Assembly: GCA_951406725.2 (NCBI GenBank)
Contig: OX597821.1
Location: forward strand, 4,464,001-4,528,000
DNA from: Octopus vulgaris
Lineage: Eukaryota
Direction: 5' to 3'
Length of the DNA: 64,000 bases
The notes under the pieces are model-generated. The model was not told the DNA's origin, did not search any database, and saw only the letters and a program-made list of their open reading frames with translations. The position numbers were made by a program, and so were the translations under genes. How positions within the stretch are numbered: the stretch's first letter is position 1; every line of letters begins with the position of its first letter. Of the stretch, positions 26,854 through 40,982 are shown piece by piece.

Positions 26854-29800
26854 CAGAGATAGTAAGAGTGAGAAAGAGAGGCAAGCAACAGATAGCCAGA
26901 CCAGTAGATAGATAAATAAATGCCTGAATAGATTAAGAGATACATGCTCACATTACAAACATACATACACACCCATATACACACATGCACACACATACAT
27001 ACAAACATTCATACGTAAGTATATACATACATATACAATCATACATACACGCACATAAACCTACAGCTTTCAGTGGACGATACAGGAGAATGAAAATTTA
27101 TCAGGCTTATGTGTTTTCGATTTAAATTATTCTCATTTTACGTAAGTCACGAAACATGGCTCAATGTTTACGAATTCGGTATCGTAACGGCGCAGTTATG
27201 ATTGAATCTCGGTGCTTGACACATTTACCTGATGACATTAACTATAACTTTAAGCGGAGAAGTGAAATATGGCTGATTGAAACTACGGTAAAGCTCAGTC
27301 GAAAATCTATCTTCCTCACATGCGTTCACCAACAGAACGACTATTTTGTGCACACGCTGTCAGAATTCGATCTAGTTATCTTCTATTAGGTACCATTCTT
27401 CCTTTCTTATACCATACTCGGAGGCCCTGAAATGGTCATTGACACTGTCCATCTTTGTTTAGCTGTGCCATATAAAACTTATTTTCCCTCGCTCAATGTG
27501 TAACCAGTTCTTCTTCACTGTAAAATATCCACGGCGTCTGTTCCATGATTTACAATAAAAAAGAAAACGCTTGTTTTGCGAAATAAAATCTTCTGCATTA
27601 ATATTTAATTCAGCTTCAGCTAGCTACAACTGATAAATAATAAATTAGTGTTCACTTCGTAATAGTATCTTGTTCTTCATGAAAATATAATCTTCTTAAA
27701 ATCATATGACCCTCAAAAACCTAGCAACTTTTATATGTTTTAAAATTACGTGCCTTTATATGAAAACTATAGCAAATAAAGTTTGCCATAAGACGAATTA
27801 TAACATTCTCTTGTATGCCTACCCTTGAAAATTTCATATTCACTTGAAAATTACATGAGCATCATGAATCAACAATAAAGAACACCCAGTCATTTGGATA
27901 GCTAGAACTGAGGTCGGCGCATAGGGGTAAATTGCACCAAGTTGGGTAAAATTGAAATTTTTTAGGTAATTAAGACTCATTTTCTCCTTCTCAAATGAAG
28001 TGGGTAACGTCGGCATAAATAAATATATTTGGGAGTAATTGGTTAAGTTCCCTGACCCTTGATCTAGAAATATAATCTAAATATCCTGTATGTTATTAAA
28101 TGAAATGAACTTATAGCTACATCGTCTGAAACAGAAAAGGCACAATGACTACGGTTCGAGTGACTTTGCAATTAGATTTTCTGATTCAAGTTTAGAATAG
28201 GTTTAAAAAACAATAAGAATAACAGTCATTCAACTTACTGTTTCCTATTCTGAATGGTGTGCACGAGGTTTTATTACACGTATCAACTAAATGAGATTTC
28301 TATAGCAAGAGGAATAGACAACTACAGTAAATAAAAACACATTGCTATAGTTTTGTACTTGACAAATCAAATATATTAATGTTCAATTTTTCCTTTTTTT
28401 CCCCTCATTTTTAAAGTTAGAAACATAATGACATTATCAGTGAGGAAAACGCAAGCGTGTTCAGAGAAAAAATAAGTTGAGAACGAAAGACTAATTCAAT
28501 GATTGACAACATAAAGATAGTTTTCTATGTGAAATAAAATCTTCTTTATCAGTAATTAATTCAATTAATGTTGAGAAAATAAATAAAACATTTGTTTTGC
28601 AGTTCATAAAGGCATCTAGTTCTTCAAAATACAATCTTCTTAAAATAAATACGACCCTTAAAACTAGGCAGCTTCTTTCATTCATATAATAAAAAAAGAA
28701 TATATACGCATGAAAAAAATACAATAAAATCTGGAAGATAATACGGATTACTGAAACGTATTTCTACATGAACAGGATGCGCTGATCCTTCGATAATTCT
28801 TCTTTAATCCTACTGAGATGCAATAGGAAATCTCGCTACGTATTTTCCAAACAGATTATGCTGTCGCATTAATCCCTTGTTATCACTTCTGTTCGGAATT
28901 CTATAAAGGATTATGTATCCATATGTGTTTTGACGAAAAGTAGTCCATTTCTTTGTAGTTACCTAATAAGAAGAAACAGAAATGTGAAACAGTTTATTCT
29001 TCCAGTTCCATATCAACGTAGATTCTGTCTCACAAACGGACATAATCAGTGAATCTCTCGCCCCACAATCCTTTTTTTTTATTACTTCATTTCTTCATTT
29101 ATTTTTGCTGATGTTTAAATCTAAATACACCATCGTGACCATTTTCCATGCTATTTCAACAACTTGTCAATTATTATTAATTTTCGTCACAAGACGAATG
29201 TTGCTGAGAAAATCTTAATGAAATAAGTCGATACCAATTTATAACAATTATCACTTTTAACGGGGGAAATTTCCTTTAACGAGAGGAAATTCGTTTTTTT
29301 TTTCTCTTTTTTTTCATCCTTTGAAAATTGAGCCTACACTCAGAAATTAAATAGAACAAAATGTTCATATATTGCATTTAATTTCTTTACAAAATTTAAC
29401 GTTCTTAACTGCTGTTTACTATTTCTAATTATATATAGATTAACACTAAAATAAATAGTAGGGGACATGGAAATTTTATCTGGGCCTTACTCAAGAGCAC
29501 TGACAAGCGAAATTTATTTTTTGTTTTCTTGACACAACTAGATCTTAGATTTAACGGGTTGGAACCATAGATGAGTGGTTAAGTTACCAGCTTTAAAAAT
29601 ATGAACCAGCTTTGAAAATATAAAAATTAACCCGACTGATTGGTAAGTAAATATATCATAAGATAGCTTCTAACCAAATGCAGTATTTGGGGTAAAATTT
29701 GTTAGACAGGGACTGCTTAAAACATCGATTGTTGCTGATTTGGAGATGGCAGACACGTCTTCTCTTGCGCAAAAAAAACCAACACTTGCATTTCGTTACT

Positions 29801-30099
29801 TTTAACGGAATATACTCCGCTTTTTCCAGTCTAGAAGGGAAGCTATTTTGTATTCAAACTTGAAGGATCTGAAAAAGTGTATAAACTACGTCATTGTCTA
29901 AGACGTGTTATAAATACAAGAAAAATAAGGCAAATTATAAGATTTACATCATATAACGATTCGGTCTGCTCAACAAAAGTTTAAAAAATAAAGAGTTTTG
30001 TAATGAGGAAACTACAGATTCTTAGGTTGTTCACAAGATCGGCAATAATCATCCAATGTAAGGTAATTGACCAGCACAACACAGTGGCTCACATTTTGG

Positions 30100-30310
30100 T
30101 TTCAAATTTTGGCACAAGACCATCTATTTTGAGGGTGTGGGGTAGTCGAATTCGTCGACCCCAGTCCGAAACTGATACTTATTTTAGGAACCCTAAAAGA
30201 TGGAAGACAAAGTCGACTTCCAAGGTATTTGAACCCAGAAAGTAAAAACGACGAAATGGGACAAAGCAGTTTGTTCGGCGTGCTCACGAATCTGCGAAGC
30301 AGTCGCCTTC
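30100..30310 (-). mobile_element. SINE family B
   Basis: GGCACAAGACC..TCGACCCCAG..AAAGTCGACTTC..ATTTGAACCCAGAA, homologous to 40524-40740. Confidence 0.6.
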
Positions 30311-30442
30311 ACTGTAGCTTATATAATAGGTCCTTAACTAGATGGACAATGTTACACTACACTACACTAAAAGTTGTAATACGATCCTCAATACGCTCCA
30401 AATATATGGTTAATTATTTATCTAGATCAGCCGCAAAATCTA

Positions 30443-31686
30443 TTGGATTGAGTCATAAATAATTTCCGTTTTCTGGAAGTAAATTGTAATGACACATTTC
30501 GAAATTCAGGCGTGTAAATCTTAAATGGAAACTACCGTTTTTAAAAGACCCTCGTCTGTCATTCGTATTTAAGCAGTGAAAGTATTCGCATCATAGTTTA
30601 ATATTAAATTTCCCTCCCCTAAAGTGGATAAACTGGAAGTGCGTATTTAATATGTGAGAGGTTAAGTATGGAAAAAACGCCACAGAAAGTGCTAAGAAAA
30701 TGTACAGTATTTATGGCCAAGCTATCGCCACTGACCAGCAAGCGCAAATTTGATTTTCAAAGTTTCCTTCCAGAGATTGTCATTTAGAGATGATGCTCAT
30801 CAGACTTTGCACCAGGACCCTCATCAGATTGTGATCATACTGCTTTAAGAGAATTAGTGGAATTCAATCCTTTTAAAAATACTTGGGACTTAGCAGTTGA
30901 CCTCAACACATCTCAATCCACCATCTGTCGTCAATTTGAAAAAGATAGGAAAAGTCAGCAAGTTGGGTGCTTGGGTTCCCCGTGTTCTTAGTTCGAAGAA
31001 TAGGGAATATCACATGTCCATAGGGACAAGTTTTCTTTGAAGTTAGAAAAATGATCTGTTTCTCAATTATACCATTGCAGGTGTTGGAAATGGAACCTTT
31101 ATGATAATGTTCAATGCAAAAGGCAGTGGACTGACAAGAATAAATCTCCACAGCTTATCTCAACGGCTGAGGTATATGGAAAGGAGATTATGCTATGTGT
31201 AGGATGGAAGCACCTCAGTATTATTCATTTTGAGTTTTTAAACCGCAATCAAACACTGAAGCCGTTATATATTCTCATCAGCTGCAACATGTCAACAGGA
31301 GAAACATTGTGCTTCTCCATGATAATGCAAGACCACATTCAACAAATATCACACAGGATAAAATATTGGATTTGGGCTGGTGTGTTCTACTCCATCCACC
31401 ATATTCACTGGACTTTACACCAACTCATTTCCGTCCTCTTCGCTCTGTGCGAAATGCTCCGATGGGAAAAATATTCTCAAGAAAACCAGGTGAAGATGTA
31501 TGTGGAAAGCTTCTTTGTGTCGAGGGCAACTGAATGTTACTCGGAAAGAATAAAAAAGCTACCTAATAAATGACAAGAGGTCATTCAAAATAATAGCAGC
31601 TATACTGATAATTGAAAATAATTCTCTGTAAAATTCTTTCATGAGTAAATGTATTTAACAGAATCGGAAATTATGACTCAACCTAA
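30443..31686 (+). mobile_element. Full-length-size mariner (DD34D-type) transposon, decayed
   Basis: Terminal inverted repeats TTGGATTGAGTCATAAATAATTTCCG and CGGAAATTATGACTCAACCTAA, with TA on both sides; length about 1.25 kb. Motifs WVPRVL (about 30972), LLHDNARPH and HPPYSLDFTPTHF. Many stops and frameshifts. Confidence 0.9.
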
Positions 31687-31822
31687 TACATGTCAGGTCA
31701 TTTATCTAAATTGACAATACAATATATATACTACGGCAATATATAAGTCGATAATGCAATCAACACATAACGCCATTAACTACGTCAACATTGCAAATTA
31801 TCATGTAGGTCACTATCTAGAT

Positions 31823-32081
31823 CGGTGATGCACAACCAAGGTCCACATACTCCTTGGGGGTCAATAGAGGTTTTTGTAGTTACAACTTGTGTGCACTCAA
31901 CTGTTTATACTTACTTCTACAATTCAAAATTTATGTCAACAATTTTTTCATACAATTCCTAATAATATTTAACTATAAAAAATAATGGGATTTGTTTTCA
32001 AATATTGAATCGCTATTAACATTCATGTAAGTAAAATAGGAATCGAGGGGTCCACAGACAAAAGGTGGTTGAGCACCAGTG
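31823..32081. mobile_element. hAT (Charlie-like) MITE
   Basis: Imperfect inverted ends CGGTGATGCACAACC and GGTTGAGCACCAGTG. The 8-bp flanks ATCTAGAT and ATCTATAG resemble the NTCTAGAN target. Confidence 0.55.
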
Positions 32082-33159
32082 ATCTATAGAGACATTGAAA
32101 CTACGAATAGTACCGTATCGCGTGATAATGGTTTTCTATATATGACTCGCTATCTAACGATATCTTTTCCGCATTTCTAGAGATAAGAGAGTTAAAATAT
32201 CTCCTACTATATAACGCATCCCCCACTTCCAAATGAAAAAAAAATGTTCGCCTTTGGTTACTGCCATTCATTCATAAATGAAAGTGACATTTAAATAGCT
32301 TGATTGATATGGACGTTTCGATTAACCTAAAGCCGTTCTACGAGTATTAAAAAGAAACCATATGAGGTGTACTTATCTGAATAGGTTTCTCTTCGTTTGA
32401 ATATATAAAATTTATTCAAGCATCTATAATGTATTATCTTTCATTAATAATACATTCAAAGGCTTCTATTCCCATTTCATATTCTTATGTATTTTAATCC
32501 ATTTTACTCTATTAATTATTCTTGGCATTATCATTATCTTTAGATATACGAATATTTAAATTATGATAAATTACTGCTGTCGGTATCCCAAGAAATCAAA
32601 TCAATACAAGAGTATTGAGAGAACACAAACCTCCGCCAAGGCAACATGAAAGTCCTCTCAACTATTAGCCTGAGAGGATCTTAACAATGAAAATATCTTA
32701 AATATATTCAATTGGCCCCCTCCTCAAAAATTTCGGACCTTGTAACTAGAGTAGAAAATATATCGGATTCAACTACTAATATGGAAATTTGAGTGTGGTA
32801 TTTCGTTTCTTCTTGTAAGCAGCAAAAAATAATGAGAATGATACTGTACCTGAGAAAGCCGCCATCCTCAGAAACAAAACCTGCTGCTATTAACTTCTGA
32901 GTGAATTTTCAATATAAGTCCTGTGTGTCGTATTTGTGCGTTCATTTTGGATACGTAATTTGCCATCAATAAATCATCTTTAGTAAAATTTGTTTCTGTG
33001 AGGATTTCTATACAGGATGATAGCGATGGTAAATAATATATTGCTATCCAATGGCATTTCTAAAAGGAAACCATTACACCATGTTTTAATAACGAACTTA
33101 TAACATGTCATAAATAAAATCAGCAGCACATTCAGTTACCAGCTTAGATAGACTTACAT

Positions 33160-33760
33160 GAAAAAATGATGCTACACCCAAACAAACTGATTTTATATAG
33201 GTGTAGTCGAAACACTGGGGAAATGGCTATATGACTTCTTACAAGACAAAGGTTAGGAAGTGGTAGCCAATAGCACCCACTCCAAGCAGACAACAGTAGC
33301 GATTGGTGTGCGATAGGGAACTGTGATGGGGCCCCCGGTGTTTCTGGTAAATCTTTCGTACTTGTCGTCAGTGATACAGATAGCCATACTTACTAGCTAT
33401 GCCAACGACACAAACGTTGTACAAGTAGATAAAGAATCTTCCGATGTTAATGTTCTGCAGAGACACCAAGACGCCACATATAATGGGCTGAAGAATATAA
33501 CATGCAATTTAACGCAGGGAATTTCCTAGACCCCTCCCCGGTATCAGTTAGCTAGTGCCTACAATCGCGATAACCATAGTGTGGAACAAAGTGAGCGGCA
33601 ATCCCGGAGTCAAGTATAGAGCGTGATATAAGAATTGATATGAGCCAAAACGCTTCATCTGATATATATGTCACAAAGATGGAGGTAATGTGTAGGTGAA
33701 CGGCCGTATGAATTCTGAGAAGTTTCAGAACAATGCACCAGAAAACACGGCCGTGGAGGT
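33160..33760 (+). pseudogene. CR1/L2-group LINE reverse transcriptase relic
   Basis: GVVETLGKWLYDFL..VVAN..GVR*GTVMGPPVFLV..LTSYANDT, compared with the consensus GVPQGSVLGPLLF..YADDT. Confidence 0.7.
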
Positions 33761-34677
33761 AATGCTCTCAGTTGTGGTCAGGAAACAACGTAAGCTCCTG
33801 ATGTCGAATGTTACAAATGAACCTACATCACGGCAAGAGTCTCAAATGATCTCAGCATTTTGAACTCCCCGCCAAACCAATTTTCCTAATATCGTCAAGT
33901 CATTCAGACCTATTGTCCTCATGTCCGCAATTCCTTATTAGATAGATATTAATGTGGCAGGTATCGAAAACGTTATAGCTTAAGGAAAAGCCAACGCAGT
34001 ATTTGGTCTGCCGCCTAACTTTCTGATTTCGTCTCCACGTTCCATTCTTTCAAGAAAATAATGTAACGGTATCGACTAGACACTTCTTTCAAAACTGCTG
34101 GCCTTGAGCAAGAATTAGAAACAGCTCTTAGAAGACGGTGAGCTGGTAGAATGGTTAAACGTTCAATTCTTCATTTCAGCGTCGATAACAATACATACTT
34201 CACAAGTGTTCAGTTCGACTTATCATTCGACTCAGAATTTGCTGTGTCTACATTTAAAATTAGATACCATTAGTAACTTAGTAAATTTCGATGAAAAATA
34301 CATTGGGTAGCAACAAAACATAAGATGGACTGATAGGTTTGAATTAGTATCAAATTCGGCACACGTTACTAGGCGATAGAGTGATTCATTCCGAAGACTT
34401 TGTAAAGTTTACCAATTACACAAACATAATAACGACTTCACTTCCCTATATACACTGGTGCGTCTTACCATATTTTATAGATTCTATCAATCGATCACTC
34501 GCACGTATATCTTCATACTTATATGTCTGACTAATTGCTACGTTATACACACATACCCATATGTATATACATGTATGTATATATATATATATGTGGTGTG
34601 TGTGTGTGAGTGTGTGTGATTGTCTGTGTGAGTGTATGTGTGTATGTAGGTATATATATATCTGTGTGTGTTTGTGA

Positions 34678-34754
<77 letters not shown>

Positions 34755-34869
34755 CATAAAAATGTATGTATGTCTTTATCTATGCATATATTTGCAGTAA
34801 GACAGAGATGCACAAGATGAGAGAGAGAAAAAGAAAGTGAGATACAGAAAGTAGGAGAGAAAGAGAGAA

Positions 34870-34909
<40 letters not shown>

Positions 34910-35093
34910 GGTGGACATAAAGAGTGAAGCCTTCTGTCTGCGAATATATTGATCCACGACCTATCTTTCAATATATCTATGTATCTGCTTATGTCTCTAT
35001 GTTCATATATGCATAACCTTACATATGTATATAAACAAACACACACAGACACAGTCATCCTTACACACACACACATATAACTGTACGTATGTA

Positions 35094-35138
<45 letters not shown>

Positions 35139-35369
35139 CATCTATACAGGTATATATATATATATATATATATATCCACATTCCAATATGTATACGCGTG
35201 CATATATATTAGTATGCGTACGTAAATGTGTCTGTAGTATCTATGGATGTAAGTACATATATGACTGTTTATAGATAGAAGCAGATATAAATATAATCAT
35301 ACATGCATCCATATATACAAATCTGTCTATAATTTATGTAGGATTATATATGCATACGTACATATATAT

Positions 35370-35434
<65 letters not shown>

Positions 35435-35520
35435 TACACATTCTGTGCCCGTATGTGTTTCTGTTTGTACCTGTTTCTTCCTATCCCATGTCGTTTATTT
35501 ATGTTTACACACACGCACAC

Positions 35521-35558
<38 letters not shown>

Positions 35559-35577
35559 CATTCATTTATACATATAA

Positions 35578-35653
<76 letters not shown>

Positions 35654-35932
35654 TCATGTGGTTAGACATGTTCTTTATTGTTTGTTCCTATCTGCGGTCA
35701 TGTGGCCCTGTCTCTACTTTCCTCAATCACCCATTACGTCTCAGTCATTTATATATCTACGTCATCAGTAAACGGAGTTGAAGCTTAATTCGTCTCAGCA
35801 ACAATCCCTTCTCCACCGTCTACCCGCAGCACGCCACCGCTGCACCATCACCATCTATCACCACTACCTCCACTACCAACGCCAACTTACTACTTTGTAA
35901 TGGTATTAACAGCAGCAGCAGCAGCAGCAGGA

Positions 35933-36191
35933 TGTAAGAGGTTTTAACGATTGGCAATGGTATCTATTTTGGGACTGACGAGACGTCCGACGTTTTACGA
36001 CTGGACATGGCCAACGTGGAATGATTGGTTGAACAATCAGTGGATTGTTAATAGCCAATGACTTTTGGGGAGTAGTGCAGGCTGGGTAGAGCTCTTGTAG
36101 GAACTCGGTACCGCAGTCACATGACCGACTCAACGTCACACGTTGCGTTCTTTCATAAGTACACGTTGCTAGGATAAATACGGACCCTTCA
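35933..36191. mobile_element. Possible solo LTR
   Basis: A GC-richer 259-bp block with TG...CA ends (TGTAAGAGG / CCCTTCA) next to a TA tract. No clear target-site duplication. Confidence 0.3.
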
Positions 36192-36209
36192 TATAGTTTT
36201 CTATATATA

Positions 36210-36290
<81 letters not shown>

Positions 36291-36315
36291 TCTATATATA
36301 TATATCATATATATC

Positions 36316-36353
<38 letters not shown>

Positions 36354-36423
36354 CTATATATATGCACATTTGGGTATATGTATAATGATATGCATATGCG
36401 CATATATATGGATCAATGTGTGT

Positions 36424-36499
<76 letters not shown>

Positions 36500-36846
36500 C
36501 TGCGCATAGAATAATATGCATATTTTGTGCATTTTTGTCTGTGAATTACCTTGTGAATACATCTATGAATATATCTTTATATGAATACTGATGCCGACTA
36601 CTTAATGTAAGTATATTTATGACGAATTTGTGTGAGATTTTATCATTTTCGCCTTTTAATAGACTAACTTAATGTTAAATGTCCCTCTTTATAAAAGCCA
36701 TTCTACAACTTTTTGATCATTACATCCGCTGAACTTTGCTCTTTTGTCATATGCAATGACAGATCAACTATATATATCTCCCTCTCCTCTCTTTCTACTT
36801 ACATTTACATGTGTTTGTGTGTGTGTAGAGAGAGAGAGATGCGTTT

Positions 36847-36885
<39 letters not shown>

Positions 36886-37227
36886 TGTGTGTGTATGTAA
36901 TGTATGCTTCTATATATGTGTGTATACACACACACATATATATATGTATATATATGTGTATATATATATATATGCATATATATAAAGAGCGACAGAAAGA
37001 CAGTCAGACAGACAAACAGACAGATACACAGACACCGAGAGAGAGAAATTGATTCCGGATGTTGGCACGAGGTCAATAAATTCGGGGGACGGGGAAGTTC
37101 AACTACCAACTTGTAATTATTTTACGAGCCCCGAAAGGATCCCAATGGAATTTGAACTCACAAACGATAAAACACTTCCACTTTGCTCAGCTAGTTATAA
37201 TGCCAGCTATCTGCCTTCTATGTAGAT

Positions 37228-37272
<45 letters not shown>

Positions 37273-37273
37273 T

Positions 37274-37311
<38 letters not shown>

Positions 37312-38093
37312 TTGTATAAAATGATAGTTATTTTTCATGACGCCAGTAATTTATGTAAAATGCCAAGGTGACCTAACCAAAATAGTACTATCCATGCCTA
37401 GAAATGCACACCCAGAAATATAAACCTTCTTTAGTAATATCTGCATAAGGTATTATATCAAAAATCACCATGTATATCTTTCCGCACTACTCTCTTATCG
37501 CTTCTCTCTTTCTTGCTGTTTCCGTCTGTTTCAATATGTCTGGTATTTGCAATTCTCTGAATCTCATGCGAGGAAACCTCATAATTTTTAGTCATCTGGG
37601 TTGTTTACCCGTGGTTACTTGAATTCCTACGGGCAACCACGAGGAGAAAAAAATAACCAATAAATTTTATAAAATCCAAAATACACAGAACAATAAGAGG
37701 GAGATTTTCAACAACAATAACACGATCTACAAAAAAAAGTACGAAAACCCCTACACAAAACAGCAACAACAACACAACCAATACTTCCATCAACACCGGT
37801 GGTCAAACGGAGGTGAGTACAAATGCTACCAAAAATACAATGAGTTATACACAGATACATGCATACAAGAAGGCCTCTAGGGATAATCGAGAAACCCCAC
37901 TGTCCGAGACTTCACTGAAAACCCAAGAGCAAGTGCCCTCTCTAATTCTTCCTCTCCGACTCACAGGTCTACACTTAGCGAGGTACAATCCACTCTTTCC
38001 ATTTTTGCAACATTCATCCAGCTTTCAGTAAACAGCACTTCCTTCAAAACTCTCAATTTCATAATACCTCTGGTTGTAACAGCGAAAATAAAG

Positions 38094-40470
38094 ATGGGCC
38101 TGAACAGTGGTTCAGTAAAGATACAGACTGACCACAATTGTCATCCTAATACAGCATCAGCAGATAACGGAGCAAGGAGAAGGAAGTGGGCCAGTGTAAA
38201 AGGCAGGATACTGATACAATGCTACTTAGAAAGTGAACCTAAAGGAAGGGGCTATAGAAAACGGATGTTATCACTTTGGGTAGAGAAGGGTATGTTTAAA
38301 GTAACTGAACAGAGATTAGTTCATCAAGCTAATGCTATTAAGCGTAGAAAGTAGATTAAAGAATTGGAGGCAGAAGGGATCACAAGAGAACTGGAAAAGA
38401 TAGAGCAGTCAGTGGGAAAGACAAACAACAGCAGAGAGATACAGCTCAAACCAAAGAAGAACGTAAAAACAATAATAATAATAGCGCTACCAATAAAAAA
38501 GAGACAACTGGGACTAGCGACTTTAGTGATTTAAGTGAGGAAGATAAGATTCTAGAAGAGTTGCAGGAAGTAATGCATAAAGAAGTCAGAAAAGAATTGC
38601 CAGCATTGCAAGGCACCAGCATAAGGAAGCTGCAGCAAATGACTAGGAAAGTAGATACTTGTATTAGTAGGACAGATACTAAAAATATTAGTGACACGAA
38701 CTTATTGGTCTATGCATGAGGGGTAGTAGTCATCAGAAGATTGAATATCTCACAGAGAAAGATTAATGAAGAGCAAATGTGATAAAGGAGACTACAAAAT
38801 AAAGTTAAAATGTTAAAAGAAGAAAACTTTAAGACAAGAAGACAAAAAAGCAAGAAGAGTTCTATATTTAAGACACGAGGAATTATGTACATTATTTTTA
38901 TTATTTACATTTGACTGATGCAGGCCCGAGAGTATATCAGATTAAACGTTGTGTTAACAACAAACAAGATGAGGACTAATATTCGTGAAATGTAAATACT
39001 GTAAATAATGTAAATAAGAAGGCAAGAAGCCTGGAAAACAAACAAGTTAGGAAAAGCAATATTCAAATTTTCCATTCAGAAATGATACTTTAGTCAAAGA
39101 GAAAGAATTTGGACAGTAATAGAAGAGTTGAAACAGTGTATCATAGCAGTAGCAGGGAAATTTTCCAGATATCAGAAAAGAATAGATCAGTATCAACAGA
39201 GATAGATTAGAGGAGATTTTATAACCAAATAAATAATGGAGAACGAAGTACTGAAGATGTTAAACCTAATGCAGAAGAAGGTAGAAAGTTCTGGAGTCAT
39301 ATTCTGGATAAGCCGGTTAATCATAATGGAGATGGAGCATGCTTAAAAAGGTGAGAGAAAAATAGTCAGTTAGAAGGAGCTAGATCTAAGATTAATTAGT
39401 GCATTAATGGGTAAAGTGTATATGTAGTATAGCAGACAACATAAGAGGATTAGTTAGCTGTAGCATGAAGAAATAGAAAGTGGATCTCTACTCAGGTGAC
39501 ACACTCTTAGGGAAATTTAATATGAACGGAGGAATTTTCCAGATGACTAATTTTGCCTTTTAATATTTGCCTTATGTTTGATCCCCTTCAGTTTAGTATT
39601 AAGGAATGCAAAGGCAGGGTATCAGCTTAGAAATAGTAATATTAACCATTTCCTCTACATTGATGTTCGAATGTTTTTCATTAGGAATGAAAAAAAGATA
39701 GATTCCTTAATATATACTATAAGACGCTTTAGCAAAGATATAGGCATGGAATTTGGCAGAGATAAGTTTGCAATATTAGTCATGAGAATGAGAGGAGTAG
39801 TCAACAGCGAACGCATCCAATCACCAGATGGCCAGACTTAAAATAATTGGAAGAAGTAATAAATATCTAGGAGAATTAGAATGTGACAGAGTATTACCTA
39901 AAGAAGTAAAAACGAAAATTGAGAAGGAGTATATCAGAAGGGCGAGGAAGTTAACGAAATCAAATGTGAAGGATCTGAATCTAGTGAAGGCTGTAAATAC
40001 TTGCCTAGTATCATAACTTAAGTACTCAGCAACTTTTGCAGATTGGACGGAATCTGAATTAGCAATGCTAGACAGAAGAATTGGGACGGAATTCAATATG
40101 AATGGAGGACTTCACCGAAGAGCAGCAGTAGCAAGAATATACCTACCTAGAAAGAAAGGCGGAAGAGGGATACTATCAGTAGAAAGCTGCGTAGACTTAG
40201 CTAGAGTAGATATAGATACCTATGTAGGTAATAGTGAAGAAATTTATTAAAAGCTGCTAGAATCACAACAAGACATGGGAGCCAAAAACCCAAACGAAGT
40301 TAAAAACCAGGAAGAACAGAACTTATCTGACTCACCGGAGAAGGCGTTGCGTGGTAGATTTTCAAATTTAATTGTAGCAGATAGTTGTATTGATACGTGC
40401 TTATATTTGCAGAAAAATAAGCTGAAGATGGAGAAAGAAAGTTTGTTAGTAACTGCGTAAGTTCAGGTAT
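38094..40470 (+). mobile_element. Old decayed R4/Dong-clade retrotransposon including the N-terminal region
   Basis: N-terminal RRKW..LIQCYLESEPKGRGYRKRMLSLW..EQRLVHQ. RT remnants INHFLYIDV..FSKDIGMEFGRDK, KYLG, LHRRAAVARIYLPRKKGGRGI and LKMEKESLL. Multiple stops and deletions. Confidence 0.8.
38882..39016 (+). mobile_element. Family H1 Penelope-like insert with inverted ends, inside the decayed R4 element
   Basis: CTGATGC-A-GGCCC..AAAC-GT-T-GTGTTAACAACAAACAAGATGAGGAC matches the reverse complement of 1060-1150. The first 30 or so bases are an imperfect inverted copy of the last 30. Confidence 0.6.
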
Positions 40471-40523
40471 AAAGGACTTTTGAACTAGCGAAGGACCGTT
40501 TAGTTTGCTATTCACACTGCTAA

Positions 40524-40740
40524 TATTCTTTTCTACTATAGGCACAAGGTCTTAAATTTGTGAGAGCGAGATAATCGATTTCCTCGACCCGAACTGCGTA
40601 ACTGGTATTTATTTCATCGACCCGAAAGGATAAACAGCAGAGTCGACTTCGGCGGAATTTGAACTCAGGACGTAGCGACGGGCGAAATACCGCGAACCAT
40701 TTTGTCTAGCGTGCTAACGCTTCTGCCAGCTCGACGCCTT
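40524..40740 (-). mobile_element. SINE family B (tRNA head plus Meta-domain-like core), well preserved
   Basis: The minus strand reads GAGCTGGCAGAAGCGTTAGCAC..GAGTTCAAATTCC (B box)..TTTATCCTTTCGGGTCGATGAAATAAATACCAG..CCTTGTGCCTATAGTAGAAA. Confidence 0.75.
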
Positions 40741-40982
40741 CGTTGTGCTATATATTACGACCGCCGTTCACTCAAATATCTTCATAACGTTTGCAACCCC
40801 TTAAATCGAAGGCTTGATCGATCATATGATAAAACCACCAGCACATCGGATCCTAGATTAATAATCAAACTCCGTACTTCTCTCTAACATTTTAAATAAT
40901 TCTTGTTATGCTGTAAATCATTTTTCATGATGACCGCCACCTTTACCATTTGCTCTGTTGAGCTTCATGTTAGTCATAAGTG

